Shown one piece after another: positions 12,377 through 25,430 of a stretch of DNA of 64,000 bases. The translations under genes were made by a program, and so were the position numbers. The DNA comes from the human T2T-CHM13v2.0 reference genome, Homo sapiens: NCBI RefSeq assembly GCF_009914755.1, contig NC_060933.1. The stretch is one strand, 5' to 3'. Numbering within the stretch: position 1 is the first letter of the stretch; the number at the start of each line of letters is the position of its first letter. The notes under the pieces were generated by a model. It saw only the letters and a list, made by a program, of their open reading frames with translations, ran no database searches and was not told where the DNA came from.

Positions 12377-12682
12377 GGCATCATCCTGACCCAGATGCCA
12401 GCCACCCTGTCTCACATCCATTTAGAGAGAATCTCCATCTTCTGCCAAGACACTGCCCATGTAGATGAAAAAGTATTTTGCCTCCAAACATATCTTAAGC
12501 ACTGATTTGAACCTCAATACTTCACACAGATGCCTTTGCCCAGGGCGTGTCGGCCTGGCTCAACAGCAGGGGAAGTGGAGCCAATTACATCAGTGTCAGT
12601 GGACTGAGAAATACTCCAGGGAGTAGTTCTCATGCACGACTACCAGTGGCCAGACCAAGGTAGTGCAGCCTGTGCACAAACC
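12377..12682 (+). pseudogene. Highly degenerate V-kappa relic
   Basis: GIILTQMPATLSHIHLERISIFC (Cys at position 23, like [23 protein letters not shown]); FR3-like AQGVSAWLNSRGSGANY; CDR3-like MHDYQWP; nonamer-like GCACAAACC. Confidence 0.7.
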
Positions 12683-13605
12683 TCCTGCTGCTTTTCCAGA
12701 GAACTGGATTTCTGGGAAATGGCTACTGAACAGGCTGCCAGGATCCATATATCCAGATTCAGAGAGATACATCTCTGGATTCAAATGCGCTTTTTCTTTG
12801 TGCATAATTTTAGCAGTCATTGTTACTACGCCTTGGGGATTCTAGTCATTATACTTCAGCTGACTCTCTATGGCCCTTTCTCCCCTTCACTGCTCTGTCT
12901 GAACCTGGGGAAGCAGCTCAGGCTGCAAATGAGGCAGACCTCATGGCCTGGAATTAGGATCCCCTAGGACGGCTGTCAATCAGTGATGACAAGGGAGGTG
13001 TACACATCCCGCAGCTCCCTCACCTCTCAGGTGGAATAACAGAGGCATTTTTCCTGTGTTTCTATGTGGGCTTGAGCTGTCGTCATCCTCAGAGGTGGCT
13101 CCTTCTGAGGCACCTTTCACTTTCCCTTTCCCTCCTCCCCTCCCTTGCTCATTTGCTTGTTTCCCGCACTTTGTAAATATACTGCCTGCATGCGAATCTT
13201 TGGCATCCTTCTCACTGAGGGGACCCAACCTAATGCATTGGAAAAATCCTCATTCTTGGAGGGCATCGTTGGTTTGAATTATTGCCACTTCTCATGCTTT
13301 AATGCATAGGGAAATTCCAAAAATTTAGGAAATCTTTAAATTCCCTTTGCCAATCTTTCTTAGATTTGATTTTAGCAGAGATTCATTTTCTCTAGGTCAC
13401 AAAATCACAGAAGCCTTCCACAAATGGCTACACAACATAGAGTCCACATAGAGCAGAGACTCAGAATCTCCCAGGATTTGACATCCACACATCAGACAGT
13501 CCTAGATTCTCAGGTTTTTTCTAGGTCGATCGCCTCGTAAATCTGCCTTGTGATATTTTTATTCTACCTTAGGGGAAGACCATTGTGTGGATGATGAGGG
13601 TTGTT

Positions 13606-14066
13606 TGTGGAATGAATAATACACCCACTAAAGACATCATTGTCCTAATATCTGGAATCTATGATCATTACTTATGAATATGTCAAAAATAACTTGGCAG
13701 ACATGGTTGAGAATTTGGGGGTCAGGAGAGTATCCTGAATGATCTGGGTGAGACCATCATAATCACAAGGGTCCTTATAATAGGGAGGGAGGAAGGTAAC
13801 AGCCAGAGAGGACCTGGGACAACGGACAGGGAAACTGGAGTGATGGAGGAAGGGGCCATGCTGCTAGGAATGTGGGAACATCAGAAAGATGGAATGCTCG
13901 ATATTGGATTCTCTCTCTTGAAGCCTAGAATGAATAGAGCCCTATTACTCCTTGATTTTACTTCATTGAGACTTCTGACCTCCAGAAATGTAAGATAATA
14001 CACTTGTGTTATGGGGAGCAGTAAGGTTGTGGTAATTTGTTACGGCAGCAACAGGAAACCAATGCA
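13606..14066 (+). mobile_element. MLT1 (MaLR) solo LTR
   Basis: typical MLT1 end GTGGTAATTTGTTACGGCAGCAACAGGAAACCAATGCA. Confidence 0.8.
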
Positions 14067-14365
14067 AGGGGAAGGGGTGTGTTTTACTTCCCTAGTGTAT
14101 CACTGTCCTCTGTTCTCCCAAATAGTTCTGTGTTTTTGTGTTTGCTGTCAATTTCAACAAGAGACAGAAAACATTTTTCTATGAGGAGAGCTAGCACCAC
14201 AATTCTTCTTACGTAGAAAGTGTCTTGAGTAATTCTCTGGGTTAGGTCTTGTACAATCTTGGTATCTGAGAGCCTGGAGGTCATCCCTCACAGCACATGA
14301 GAAGAGGAAGGGGATGTGGGTTTGCTGTTTTAACATTTGTAGGGCAAATTAGATGTACAAGACCC

Positions 14366-14728
14366 ATTATTATTATTATTATTATTATTATTGTTCTTTA
14401 AGTTCTAGGGTACATGTGCACAACGTGCAGGTTTGTTACATATGTATACATGAGCCATGTTGGTGTGCTGCACCCATTAACTCATCATTTACATTAGGTG
14501 TACCTCCTAATCCTATCCCTCCCCCCCCCTCCCCCCACCCCACGACAGGCCCTGGTGTGTGATGTTCCCCTTCCTGTGTCCATGTGTTCTCATTGTTCAA
14601 TTCCCACCTGTGAGTGAGAACATGCAGTGATTGGTTTCTTTGTCCTTGCGATAGTTTGCTGAGAATGATGGTTTCCAGCTTCATCCATGTCCCTACAAAG
14701 GACATGAACTCATCCTTTTTTATGGCTG
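14366..14728 (-). mobile_element. 5'-truncated L1PA 3' end with (TAA)n tail
   Basis: MSFVGTWMKLETIILSKLSQ ORF2 end and TTCTAGGGTACATGTGCACAACGTGCAGG 3' UTR. Confidence 0.95.
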
Positions 14729-15519
14729 CAAGCGAAGACTGAGTCAGAGAGATGGGGATGGCAGAGGAGACAAAATGTGGTCAGGGCCGTGTAAGATGTG
14801 ACCCTGCTGCCATATCTGAAAGAAAGGCTGTTGGTGTTTGTAAAGGCTTTGGGCAAATTGTGCTTTGTAGACAAAACTGTAGAAGGGTCTGGGTTTAAGC
14901 TTAGTGTCAGCGTGATGAGGAGTAGAGGTCGCAGTGAGCTTGTGTTAAGAAATCCACCCTGCACTTCTGGCTTTGTCTCTTTTCTGGTTTTATAGGTGGT
15001 GGGTTCCTCTATGGAATGAACGTGGCTCTGTGGAAGGAACATAGTTAAGGTCAGATAGACCTAGATTCCAAGTTCAGCTTCAACAACTGCTGACCAAGTG
15101 ACTTTTATGCAAATCAGCCATGTGCTGTCATGAACAGTTTCCTCATGTGTGAAATGGGGCACTGAGGATGTGAAGGGGTGTCCTGAGGGTTCTGCCAGCT
15201 GATGCACCATGAAGTGTACATACATGTATAGACAGACACACACACATACATGAGAAGAGTATCTAGTGCCCCTTTTATGCATTCTTGAGTAACTCAGAAT
15301 GTTATGTGAGATATTAACAGTCATATGTCATTTTCAACTAAAATTATCAATATTTATCTTATAACTAACAGATGCTTCTCTGTACACTGTAGGTTTCATG
15401 TACATTTCTTCATTCACAAAATTTTTCACCAATCTATTTACGTCTAGTATCAGAAAGTTAAGCAAGGAGATTGCAAACCAACACAACACCTTTAGTCTGG
15501 ATTTTCCCGGAGCCCCATT

Positions 15520-15985
15520 TGTGTTAGTGTCCTCGGGCTACTGTAACAAGTTCTCAAAAATGTGGTAGCTTCAAACAACAGGAATGGAATCTCTCATAGT
15601 TCAGAAGTCCAGATCAGTTTCACTGGGCTAAGATCTTGGAGTCATCAGTTCTGGCTCCTTCTGAAGCTCTAGGGAGCAGTCTGATTTAGCTCTTCCAGCT
15701 TCTGGTGGCTTCTCTCTCCCGGGATGTGGACACATCACTGCAATCTCTGTCTCTGTGTTCACACTGCCTTCTCCACTTCAGTCTATGCTAAATGTCTCTC
15801 TACCTCTTGTTTTTATTAGGACACTTGAGTTTGCATTTAAGTCCCAGTTGATTAATCTAAGACCATCTCCCTGTTTCAAGCTCCTTAATTTACACCTGCA
15901 AAAGCTGTTTTCACAAATGAGATACATGCATAGTCTTCTTGGAATGAAACCTCACTATTTGGGGATGATACTCATTACTACACCA
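15520..15985 (-). mobile_element. MLT1 solo LTR
   Basis: TGTGTTAGTGTCCTCGGGCTACTGTAACAAG..CTTCAAACAACAGG pattern. Confidence 0.75.
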
Positions 15986-16025
15986 TTACATAACCAGGTC
16001 TCAGTGTTAGTCCTGTACATACATC

Positions 16026-16063
<38 letters not shown>

Positions 16064-16125
16064 CACACCCTGGCTTCCTCCTTTTCTCAATGTCATAAAT
16101 CTCTTCAATTCCTTAAGTGTATCCT

Positions 16126-16982
16126 GTGATACCTATAAACAAATAAGTATCTGAGAAAAGTCTCAATCAGTTTAGAAATTTATTTGGTCAAAGTTAAAGA
16201 AATATCAGTGAAACAGCCTCAGGAGGTCTTGAGAACGTGTGTCAAAGGTCGTCGGGCTACAGGTTGGTTTTACACGTTTTAAGGAGACATAAGATATCAA
16301 TCAATACGTGTAAGCTGTACATTGCTTTGATATTGAAAGGCAGGACAGCCCGAAGGAGGGGGGATATTGGGGACTTCCAGGTCATAGGTGGATTCAAAGA
16401 TTTCATAGGTGGTTGAAAGAGTTTACCTAATGACCTGTAATCAACACAAGGGAGTTTCTGGGTTTAGAAAAAGGGTTTTGGAGCCAAGGTTGCATCATGC
16501 AGATGAAGCCTCCAGGTAGCAGGCTTCAGAGAGAATAGATTGTAATTGTTTCTTAGTAGACTTAAAAGGTGCCAAACTCTTAGTTAAATCTCTCTGGGTC
16601 AGGAAAGAGACTTAAAAAGGAATCTCTACAGAATTTAGATTTCTCCCACAAAAACCAGCTTTGCAGAGGCATTTTTAAATACATTAAATAACAATATCTT
16701 GGGGAAAATACTTTGATTTCTCTTAGGACGTGGTATCTGTCACATTGGTATCTTATTGCTATAAAGAGTTTTCTTTGTCAGTCTCAAGGTCTCTGTCTTC
16801 ATATTAAAAGCTGGTCAGTTCTGCCTGAATTTTAAAGGGAAGAGGGTAAGTTAAGGCATGTCCAATCATCCGTTCCGATCATGGACTGTATTGTATTTCA
16901 GGTTGATTTTGGTGTGTCCTTGGCTGAGAGGAGGAGTTCATTCAGTTGGTTAGGGAGCTTAGAGTTTCATTTTTGGTTTACA
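16126..16982 (-). mobile_element. MER4-family (ERV1) LTR
   Basis: reverse complement begins TGTAAACCAAAAATGAAACTCTAAG, like the MER4A start. Confidence 0.75.
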
Positions 16983-18579
16983 CACCTATGTCCAGGTAAG
17001 AGGGCCCCACACAGGAGGGCTTGCTCAGAACCTGGCTTGCAGGGCTGCTTACAGACCTTCTATGTCTCCTGTTGTCATGCACAAGGAAGGACACAGCCAA
17101 TGACAAAACTCAGCCATCCGGGGAGAAGCTGTGTCTGCAGAGGACGGTCATGAGCTGTGAGTCTAGAGACCTGTGATTGTCTTCAGGGGCCTGTGGTCCT
17201 CGGCTTTCATAGGAGTTGTGGGGGCATGGCTCAAATAGCATCCACCAGGATTCCAATCAGAATATCTCATTCACAGAAGGCAGTGGGTGATATGACAGCA
17301 CAGAGGGACTCCGTGGGTCCAGCTGCATGGAGCACTCTGGGAGAGTCACTGGCACCCGTGCTAGACAGAGCTTCATTCAACTTCTGGAGCACACGGATTT
17401 AGATCTCTTTACATCATTTTGAAAGACCATTTATCATTCTGAAGGAAACCACTGTAATTAACTAAAGTAACATCTTTAATAGGTAGAAAGAAAAAAGTGA
17501 CTATTTTATTGCCAAGATGATGACAAGAAAAGAAACAAAAATAGCATGAAGGAAAGAGCAACACTAGACTGAGGGCTTTGGGTAAGAGGTTGAGACTTAG
17601 TAGTGAATGCCCTGGGCCATCTTCTGTCAAAAGGGAGGGACAATCAGCAAAGGGAAATATGCAGTAGAGGCAAAATCTTGGTTAGTAAAAGAATCCTAAG
17701 AGAAAACAAGAAGTCTCCTTCCTGAGCATCATGTTGGTGTCAGGAAGATGCACATAATCCCCCCATTGCATGTCTTACACTTTTCAGCAATTAGGGCTCA
17801 GCATGAATTTAGAAGACACCATTCACTTCACAGCAGATGGGGACACAGTCAAGGCAGTGGTGAGAGGCAAGGCTGGGCTTTCAGTCTCAGAGCACAGAGC
17901 AGGTTCCCCACTACTCCGCACCCTGGTGTCTCCTCCCAGATGTTCCAGATGGTCCACCTCATTCTTGCCTTAAGGGCTCCAAGTTGTTAATGGGACAGTA
18001 GCCCTCTTCCTTTCCCAGGGTTTCTAAGAATTTGGCTCTCTTTTGTGTATTGCGGGGTTTGTTTGCCATCTAGAGGCAGGTTTTTGGCATAGCAACTTAT
18101 AGGCTTTTTCTACTTGTGATAGCGAAAATAAATACATAAATAAATTCATCATAAATAATAAATGGACTTAATGCATTCAATCTGTAAAAAAATATAAGGT
18201 CAGTTTGAGAGCTTAAAAGGAGCCTGATGAGGTTAAAAAGACAAATTACCTTTAGTAAAGAGCAGTTGGAGCAATAGATGATTCTTTAATCAATGACATT
18301 TTAGGAGTAACTATCAAATGGTAAATAAAACTTGAAATAAGATGATAAACTATAATTTTATATGCAAAAAAAATATTTCCAAGAACCATACAAATACATT
18401 TTCAGATTAAAACAAAAAATGTGGGTTTATCATCATATCCGCTAAATGGAAGATTTCTCAAATGTGTGCTTGGAGCAAAAATAACACTTATCCCTATTTG
18501 AAAGTTCAAGATTTTTGAGCTTTCGAAGAAAACAGCTTTCCCTTCACTCTGTTCCACTCACGCTTCTGAGGATGGCCAT

Positions 18580-19765
18580 GGGGCAAAAAGCCACGGGGGC
18601 GGGGGGCAAAAAGCCGCGGCGCCTGGGGTGCAAAAAGCCGCCGCGGGCAAATAACCGCGGCACGGGGCGGGGGGGCGTGGGGCGCAAAAAGCCGCCATAG
18701 CGGGGGAGCAAAAAGACGCGGCGGCGGGGGGCAAAAAGCCGCGGCGACAAAAAGCCACGGCGGCGGGGGTGAAAAAGCCGCGGCAGCGGGGGTGGGCAAA
18801 AAGCCGCGGCGGCGGGGGGTAAAAAGCCGCGGCTGTCAAATAACCGCGGCACCGGGCGGGGGCCGCGGCGGTGGGGGGGGCAAAAAGCCGGGTCGAGCAA
18901 AAAGCCGCGGCGGCGGCGGGGGTAAAAAGCTGCGGCCGAGCAGAAAGCCGCGGCGGCGGGGGGCAAAAAGCCGCGGCGGTGGGGGGGACAAAAAGCCACG
19001 GCGACGGGGGTGAAAAAGCCGCGGCGGCGGCGGCGGGGGTAAAAAGCTGCGGCGGGCAGAAAGCCGCGGCGGCGGTCGGGGCAAAAAGCCGGGTCGAGCA
19101 AAAAGCCACGGCGGCGGGGGTGAAAAAGCCGCGGCGGTGGGGGAGCAAAAAGCTGCGGCGGCGGCGGGTGGTAAAAAGCCGCGGCGGGCAGAAAGCCGCG
19201 GCGGAGGGGGGAGCAAAAAGCTGGGTCGAGCAAAAAGCCGCGGCGGCGGCGGGGGTAAAAAGCGGCGGGGGGCAGAAAGCCGCGGCGGTGGGGGGGTAAA
19301 AAGCCGGGTCGAGCAAAAAGCCGCGGCGGGCAGAAAGCCGTGGCGGCGGCGGGGGGGGCAAAAAGCCGCGGTGACAAAAAGCCACGGCGGCGGGGGTGAA
19401 AAAGCCGCGGCAGCGGGGGTGGGCAAAAAGCCAGGTCGGGCAAAAAGCCGCGGCGGTGGGGGTGCAAAAACCCGCGGCGGGCAAAAAGCCGCGGTGGCGG
19501 CGGGGGGCAAAAAGCCGCGGCGGCGGCGGGGGGGGGGTGGGGGGCAAAAAGCCGGGTCGGGCAAAAAGCCGCGGCGGCAGGGAACTAAAAGCCGTGGCGG
19601 GCATAAACCCGAGGCGGCGGGTGGGGGCAAAAAACCGCGGTGGGGAAAAAGCCGCGGCGGCGGGGGAAAAGCCGAGGTGGTGCTTGGGGCAAAAAGCCGC
19701 GGCGGCGAAGGGCAAAAGAGCCGCTGTGATGAGGGTCAAAAAGCCGCGGCGACGCGGGGCAAAAT
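18580..19765. repeat. GC-rich degenerate tandem repeat, unit about CAAAAAGCCGCGGCGGCGGGGG
   Basis: dozens of variable units of roughly 17-30 bp directly visible; CpG-dense; G/A-rich plus strand. Confidence 0.97.
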
Positions 19766-22700
19766 AGTGGAGATGGGGTAGAAGGCCGGCACAGCTTGGC
19801 TTTGCTGGAGTGTGATGTGATAGGAAATGTGCAGCCAAAGACAAAAAAAGATGTAAGTAGGCTTGACTCATTGCAGCCAAGAACCCAGATGTTATCTTGA
19901 GGGTTTTAACTAATAAGCAGTTTAAATCAGAATGGCACATTCTGATTTGTTTTTTGTATATTCACATTTGGCAGGCATAGATACCGTTCGAAGAGAAAAA
20001 TGTCAGTAGATAGAGGTAACAAACTTAAATATGTGCCGAGTCTAGAAACAAGAGACTAGGGGGATAAGGACCTTTTGAAATAAAATGCGAGATTTGAAAA
20101 CTGATTGGGGGATGAGGAAAAGGCAGGTCTTTAAGGTCAATCCCTGTTTTGCTTTAAGTTGTTAGGGGGTGGTTTTATCACATATTGTAGAATACGTCAT
20201 TTCAGTTTTGAACATCTTGAGTTAAATCGTCCTAACATAGCTTATGAATTTGATTTTCTTCCCTGGGAAGCTAATATTTCAAAAACTGAAAGAGTATATA
20301 GATTTCCAACTTGTATCCAATTTATAAAACTATCTCTAGGCTGCTGATTTCAGGAGGAGGCTCATGAATATTCTATTTGCAGAGAATATATCAGGAGTTA
20401 ACATCAGCGTCAATATTTGTGGACGACCAGTTAACTAAGCCACCTCTTAGTGTATTTAGATGGGAAATCTTAGCTGAAGATATTCAATAATGAACCAACA
20501 GTGACTAAAAAATGCAATATTTAAGTATATTTCATTGTAATTAATTTGAATTGAAGTAGCCCTATACAGCTAGTATTTACTACATTGAACAATGCAAATA
20601 AGAGGAAAAAATTAATAACCATCTCTAATACCACATGCCAAAATCCTCATCAATTTATTCTAGCTGAAGGAGTTGATCAGAAGCAGCAGTTGAAAGCATC
20701 AATTAAACCAGCTGGGGTTAGTTCACTGTCATTCTCTCAGAACCATCTCTTCTCTGAACAAAACAAGTACAAGAGTTCATTGTAAATCTGCATTTTCCTT
20801 GCCTATTTTAAGGTTATGATGTTGACACTAATTTGTGAAATCCCTCCTGTGGTGTGATATTTCGTTTTCCTTGCTTTTTGTTAGGACAAGAATGCTTCAG
20901 CTCTTAATTTAAAATTATGTTTCTCCCTCCTAGGTTGAGTGAACTTAGAATGCATTCTCTGACATATCCAAGTTTTTGTTAATATAAATTTGGGGAACAA
21001 AGCATACTTAATTAGCTAAGACTTCTTATTCTAGGCTTGACCCTGTGTTCGACATCTATTGAATTTGTAGTTGCATGGGCTGCTCTCTGACACTGGTTAC
21101 TGACCTGGAAGCTATATTAACGTTAGGGGAGGTGGAGTATGAGCATTAGAGGTATCCTTGCAAGGAAAGACTTGTCTTAACTCAATACGTCTTTTTTTTG
21201 CACACAAGAAAGTCAGTGTTTGAGTCTTCTAAAATCTTCCTATTTCCAAGTTGCAGAGTACCATTGATTCCTAAACAAAGACCTAATTTTTGACTCAGAG
21301 ACGTGGCAAGGTAGTGAATCACCATTATAATTTAACAATCTTCAAGATAAAATTATCTCTCTGATATTTAGATTTTGCCCAATTATTAAGATATTTGGGT
21401 GTTTCGTTAAGAATGGAAGACTCTAGTCTCTTGAGCAGAGACTATAAAGGCCTCAGATGATCATTTTTACTTTTATGCTCTTTTCTTTAACACCTTCAAC
21501 ACAGTTGGAAGCAGCCGATATTCCCCAGAGTTGTTGTGTTTTTTAAATCAAATGCATGGTTCAGTGGTAGAAAACTGGGCTGATCCAAGCTGTTTTCAGT
21601 AAACACTTCATTTCAGGTGACCTATTTCATATTAAATAATCTCTAGATCCTGTCTTCAAAACTAACTAGATCAGGTAACCTACCCTGGATTTTCTCCTTT
21701 TAGGGTCTGTGAGCTGCAGTCACTTTTGTGAAAATGATTGCAATGAAAAGATAGAGTTGTAGATGGGGAAAATGTTTTGACTAATTTAAGCATAGTGGTA
21801 TTTCATATGAGAATTTAAGTTACACACATTTGAAAATTATAATGGAGTCTCTTGGCTGAGCTTTAAAAAAAAATAGCGTTTAGGCTAAACGGGGAACTGC
21901 TACCTCTCCTAAAATCAGAAAGATGTTACAGTAATTCTCCATTCTCTAGAATTATCAGGAAGCACCTTTGTGATGATTTACTTTTGTTCTTGGGAGTGTG
22001 AGCCCGTGTAGTCTTGGAACCATCAATTAGAATGATGGCTTTCTGATCCCAAAGTCATTCGTTCTGAAAACAATATTTTTCATAAATTTGAAAGTGAGAA
22101 GTTTTGATCTTGCCATTCCCAAGTAACTCTCTTAATAAGAGGCATCAGCATGCTTCAGTGTCACTTTCCAGTGCTGAGAGTCATCTTTGAGTTCTCCATT
22201 TGACTCCCTACACTCCAATTTAGCTGCAGTTCTCTTGGCTAGTCCTATGAAATACATCCATGGCCTAATGACTTCTCACCACTACTACCACTCATCCTGA
22301 CAGCATTCTCACCTAAGTCACTACCTTTTTTCTCTGGATTAGAGTAGCCTCCCAATTTATTTGCTCACAAAACCTATTTATTCTACACGGTGCACAAGAT
22401 ACACCCCTTTGAAATGCAAACACAATCATGTTATTCTCTGGTTAAGTTATCTCATATATTCCTATCGCATTTAAAATTAATTCAGAATAATCCCCTGATT
22501 ATCAAAACCCTACATGCTCTTCCACAATATGGTTTACTTCCAAGATATCTCTTCAACTTTTTTTTCACTGTACTGAATTGGTGACTAATAATCATATTTT
22601 TGTTTTTGCACAAAAAGTCTTGACTTGTAAATTTTTCAGTTTCTCCTTTATCCACAGGTAACTCTTTCCTCATAAGGCGAATTGCTTGTTTCCTTGAGTT

Positions 22701-23269
22701 CTGCTCTCAAAGATACCCTTCATTTTCTACCTAATATTAATAACTTCAATCATTATTCCATTACTATGCTCTATAGTGTATACAATTTCTGTTATTTGTC
22801 ATGTTATTAACTAAATTATTTATTTGTTCCAGTAACGTATTCCATAAATATTGTACACATAAAAATTATGTTATTTTTATTGCTGTATGCTCAGCTGCCC
22901 AATAACAGTCTGAGGATTAACATATTTGTTAAATGCACAAATACGTTCTTTCACAAATATTAGTTTAATAATTTTATATTAAACTCCCTCTATACTTACA
23001 GTATGAATTAGATAATTGAGAATAAACATTCCAGTGGAAAAAACTAAACAATTTGTTGTAAAACATCCTTAAAAGCATCAGAAAGTTAATACAGCAATGA
23101 AGAATTACAGGACCAAATTAAGAATGGTATGGAAGCCTGTTTGTGAGGCTTATGTTTGGGTTATCTCTTTACTTAGAGAGACTATAAATCTCAAAAGAGG
23201 ATTAAATGGAGAAATAACCATATCAACTCACATGGTAAGGGTATTCAAACATCTCTTAGTAATGGAGAA

Positions 23270-23410
23270 AATTGAAAGAAAAGGAAAAAGAGAAAGGGAG
23301 AAAGAGAAACAGAGCGAAAGGGATAATGAAGGAGAGAAAGAAGAAGAGAAAGGAAGAGGAAGAAAAGTAAAAAGGAGGAGGAAGAGGGAGGAAGGTGAAA
23401 AGAAAGAATG
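23270..23410. repeat. GA-rich low-complexity tract
   Basis: nearly pure purine run. Confidence 0.85.
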
Positions 23411-25006
23411 CTAAAGTTTTCAACAACATAATTTATCCTTCTAGAATATGAACGTTGGTCTATTTGATGATGTCCCACAGATTCCTTAGTCTCTGCTCAT
23501 TTTTTATCTGTTTCTCAGAGTCAATATTTTCCATTTTCTTATCTTCAAGCTCATGACTTCCTCTGTGTGTGCAAATATACTCTTAAATCCCTCTGGTGAT
23601 TTTTAAATTTTTATCATTGTAGTTTTCCACTCCAGAATTTCTGCTATCTCTGTTGATATTCCTACTTTTTAATATTTTTTCTGAATCCTTTATTTCTTTG
23701 TTTATGCTTTCCTTGCGACATTTGAGTATAATTAAGAGAGTTGTTTTAAAGTCTTTGTCTGGTAAGTTTGAAGTCTGGGTTTCCTTAGAGATATTTTCTG
23801 TCAGTTTGTTTTGTTCCTTTGAATGAGCCATACTTTCCCGTTCTTTGTATGCCTTGTAACTTTTTTTGAAAACTGGGCATTATAATAATTATAATTACTA
23901 TGTGGTTACTCTGTAAATCAGACCCTCCCCTACAAACACAGTAATGTTTTGGGGTTTTAAATTTTCTTTACTTATTATATTGTTAAGGATTTTTTTTTTA
24001 GTGAAATTTTCCAAAGTGATTTACAAAACTGTTTGCTTTATAAGGTGTGGTCACCGAAGTCTTTTTGTTTCCTTAACAAATGTTAAGCTAATGTTTTGAC
24101 AGTGATTTTCTTGTATGTCAGGAAGTAAGCAAAGAGGCAAATACAACAAAAACAAAAAGAAAAACAAGTAATCATTGTCCAGCAAAATATGCTTCTAGGC
24201 CATGCAGACTGGCTTTGTGCTGGGTTCTTTAAAGCCGGCACAAAGTGTGTGTTCACTCTTGCACTGAGTGAAGTTCAAGTTCACTCTTGCACAGAGCTTG
24301 CACTGAGGGGAGGGATCGGCCAAGGTAAAAGTGTAGGGTCTTCTTATGACATTTGTCAGCATGTGGCTTAACCTATGCATACATGTGACTTTCTAGACTC
24401 TCCCATGTACGTGAATAATTTTGAATGTCTTAGTTTTCCAAATACTCTTCTCCAACTTTTCTTCCTGTGCTGAAGGTGATCTACTATATGTGTAAACTCT
24501 AATTTTTGCCCTAAGCATCTGTGGTTTGTTAGGTCTCCTTGCAGAGTTCCTTGATAATGTCCATTCCTTATCTGTTCTGTATTCTAGCAACACAGAAAAA
24601 CAAAAGCCTTTCATGAGTCCTTTAGGTATCCCCCAGACCAGTCAGAACAGACACATAGTAATTTGCGGGTAAGATCTTCTCTTGTTCCTTTGGACCATGG
24701 ACCAGTGTTCCTCACTGGGAACGTGGGCTTCTGACACTTCAAAACTGCCAATTTGCTGGGGCAAAGGCAAGCTAAAAATGTCATAAAGTTTTCAAGTTGT
24801 CTTTTTCTTGAGTCTGCTTTCACTCGGTTGTTGTAATCTTTTGACTGTTTTCCAGAGTTTTGGCAAAGTTTATTTGGACAGTTTCTCTTAGTTGTGTGAT
24901 GTTTCTGTGGGGAAATGAAAGATTGCAGCTGTCTCCACTGCCATTTTGCTGATGCTCCTCTTTTGTCAATTTTTGCTTCATGTTATTATGCTTTGTTATT
25001 AGTTCA

Positions 25007-25430
25007 TGTATTAGTTTCCTAGGGCTGCCATAACCAAGTAACACAAACTGGGTGCCATGAACAACATACATTTATAGTCTTATAGTCCTGGAAGCTAAAA
25101 GTCTGAGATTGAGGGGTCAGCAGGGATGGTCCCTTCAAGGGCTATGAGAGAAAGCCTGTTCTGTGCCTTGTTTCTCGCTTCTGATGGTTTAGTGGCAGTC
25201 TTTGGCATTCCTTGGCTAATCTCTGTCCTCATAATCACATGGTACTCTCCCTGTGTGTATGTCTCCCTCTACTCAAATCTCTTCTTTTAATAAGGACATC
25301 AGTCATATTGAATTCAGGCTCATCTGATTGTATCTTAACTTGATCAGCTGCAAAGAACCTATTTTCCTAATGAGGTCATATTCAGTGGTTAGAATTTCAG
25401 CATCTATATAAAGGAAACAATTTAGCTCAT
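25007..25430 (-). mobile_element. MLT1 solo LTR
   Basis: TGTATTAGTTTCCTAGGGCTGCCATAAC terminus. Confidence 0.85.

Noticed and set aside
14080-14107. RSS-like GACAGTG-12 bp-AGTAAAACA on the minus strand
   Set aside because: The essential CAC is broken and the upstream sequence shows no V-domain similarity; could be chance
16985-18020. Possible third V-kappa remnant
   Set aside because: Composition resembles V-gene flanking DNA, but I could not read framework motifs or an RSS
18580-19765. CRISPR-like array (constant AAAAAGCCGCGG with variable intervening sequence)
   Set aside because: Intervening sequences are short G/C-run variants of each other, not unique spacers; primate context and no cas genes
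18506-19940. Long ORFs (up to 460 aa) rich in Pro/Ala/Arg on both strands
   Set aside because: They arise because the GC repeat lacks stop codons; open in many frames with no domain similarity
23097-23414. 105-aa Lys/Glu/Arg-rich ORF
   Set aside because: The C-terminal half is the GA-rich low-complexity tract; no coding evidence
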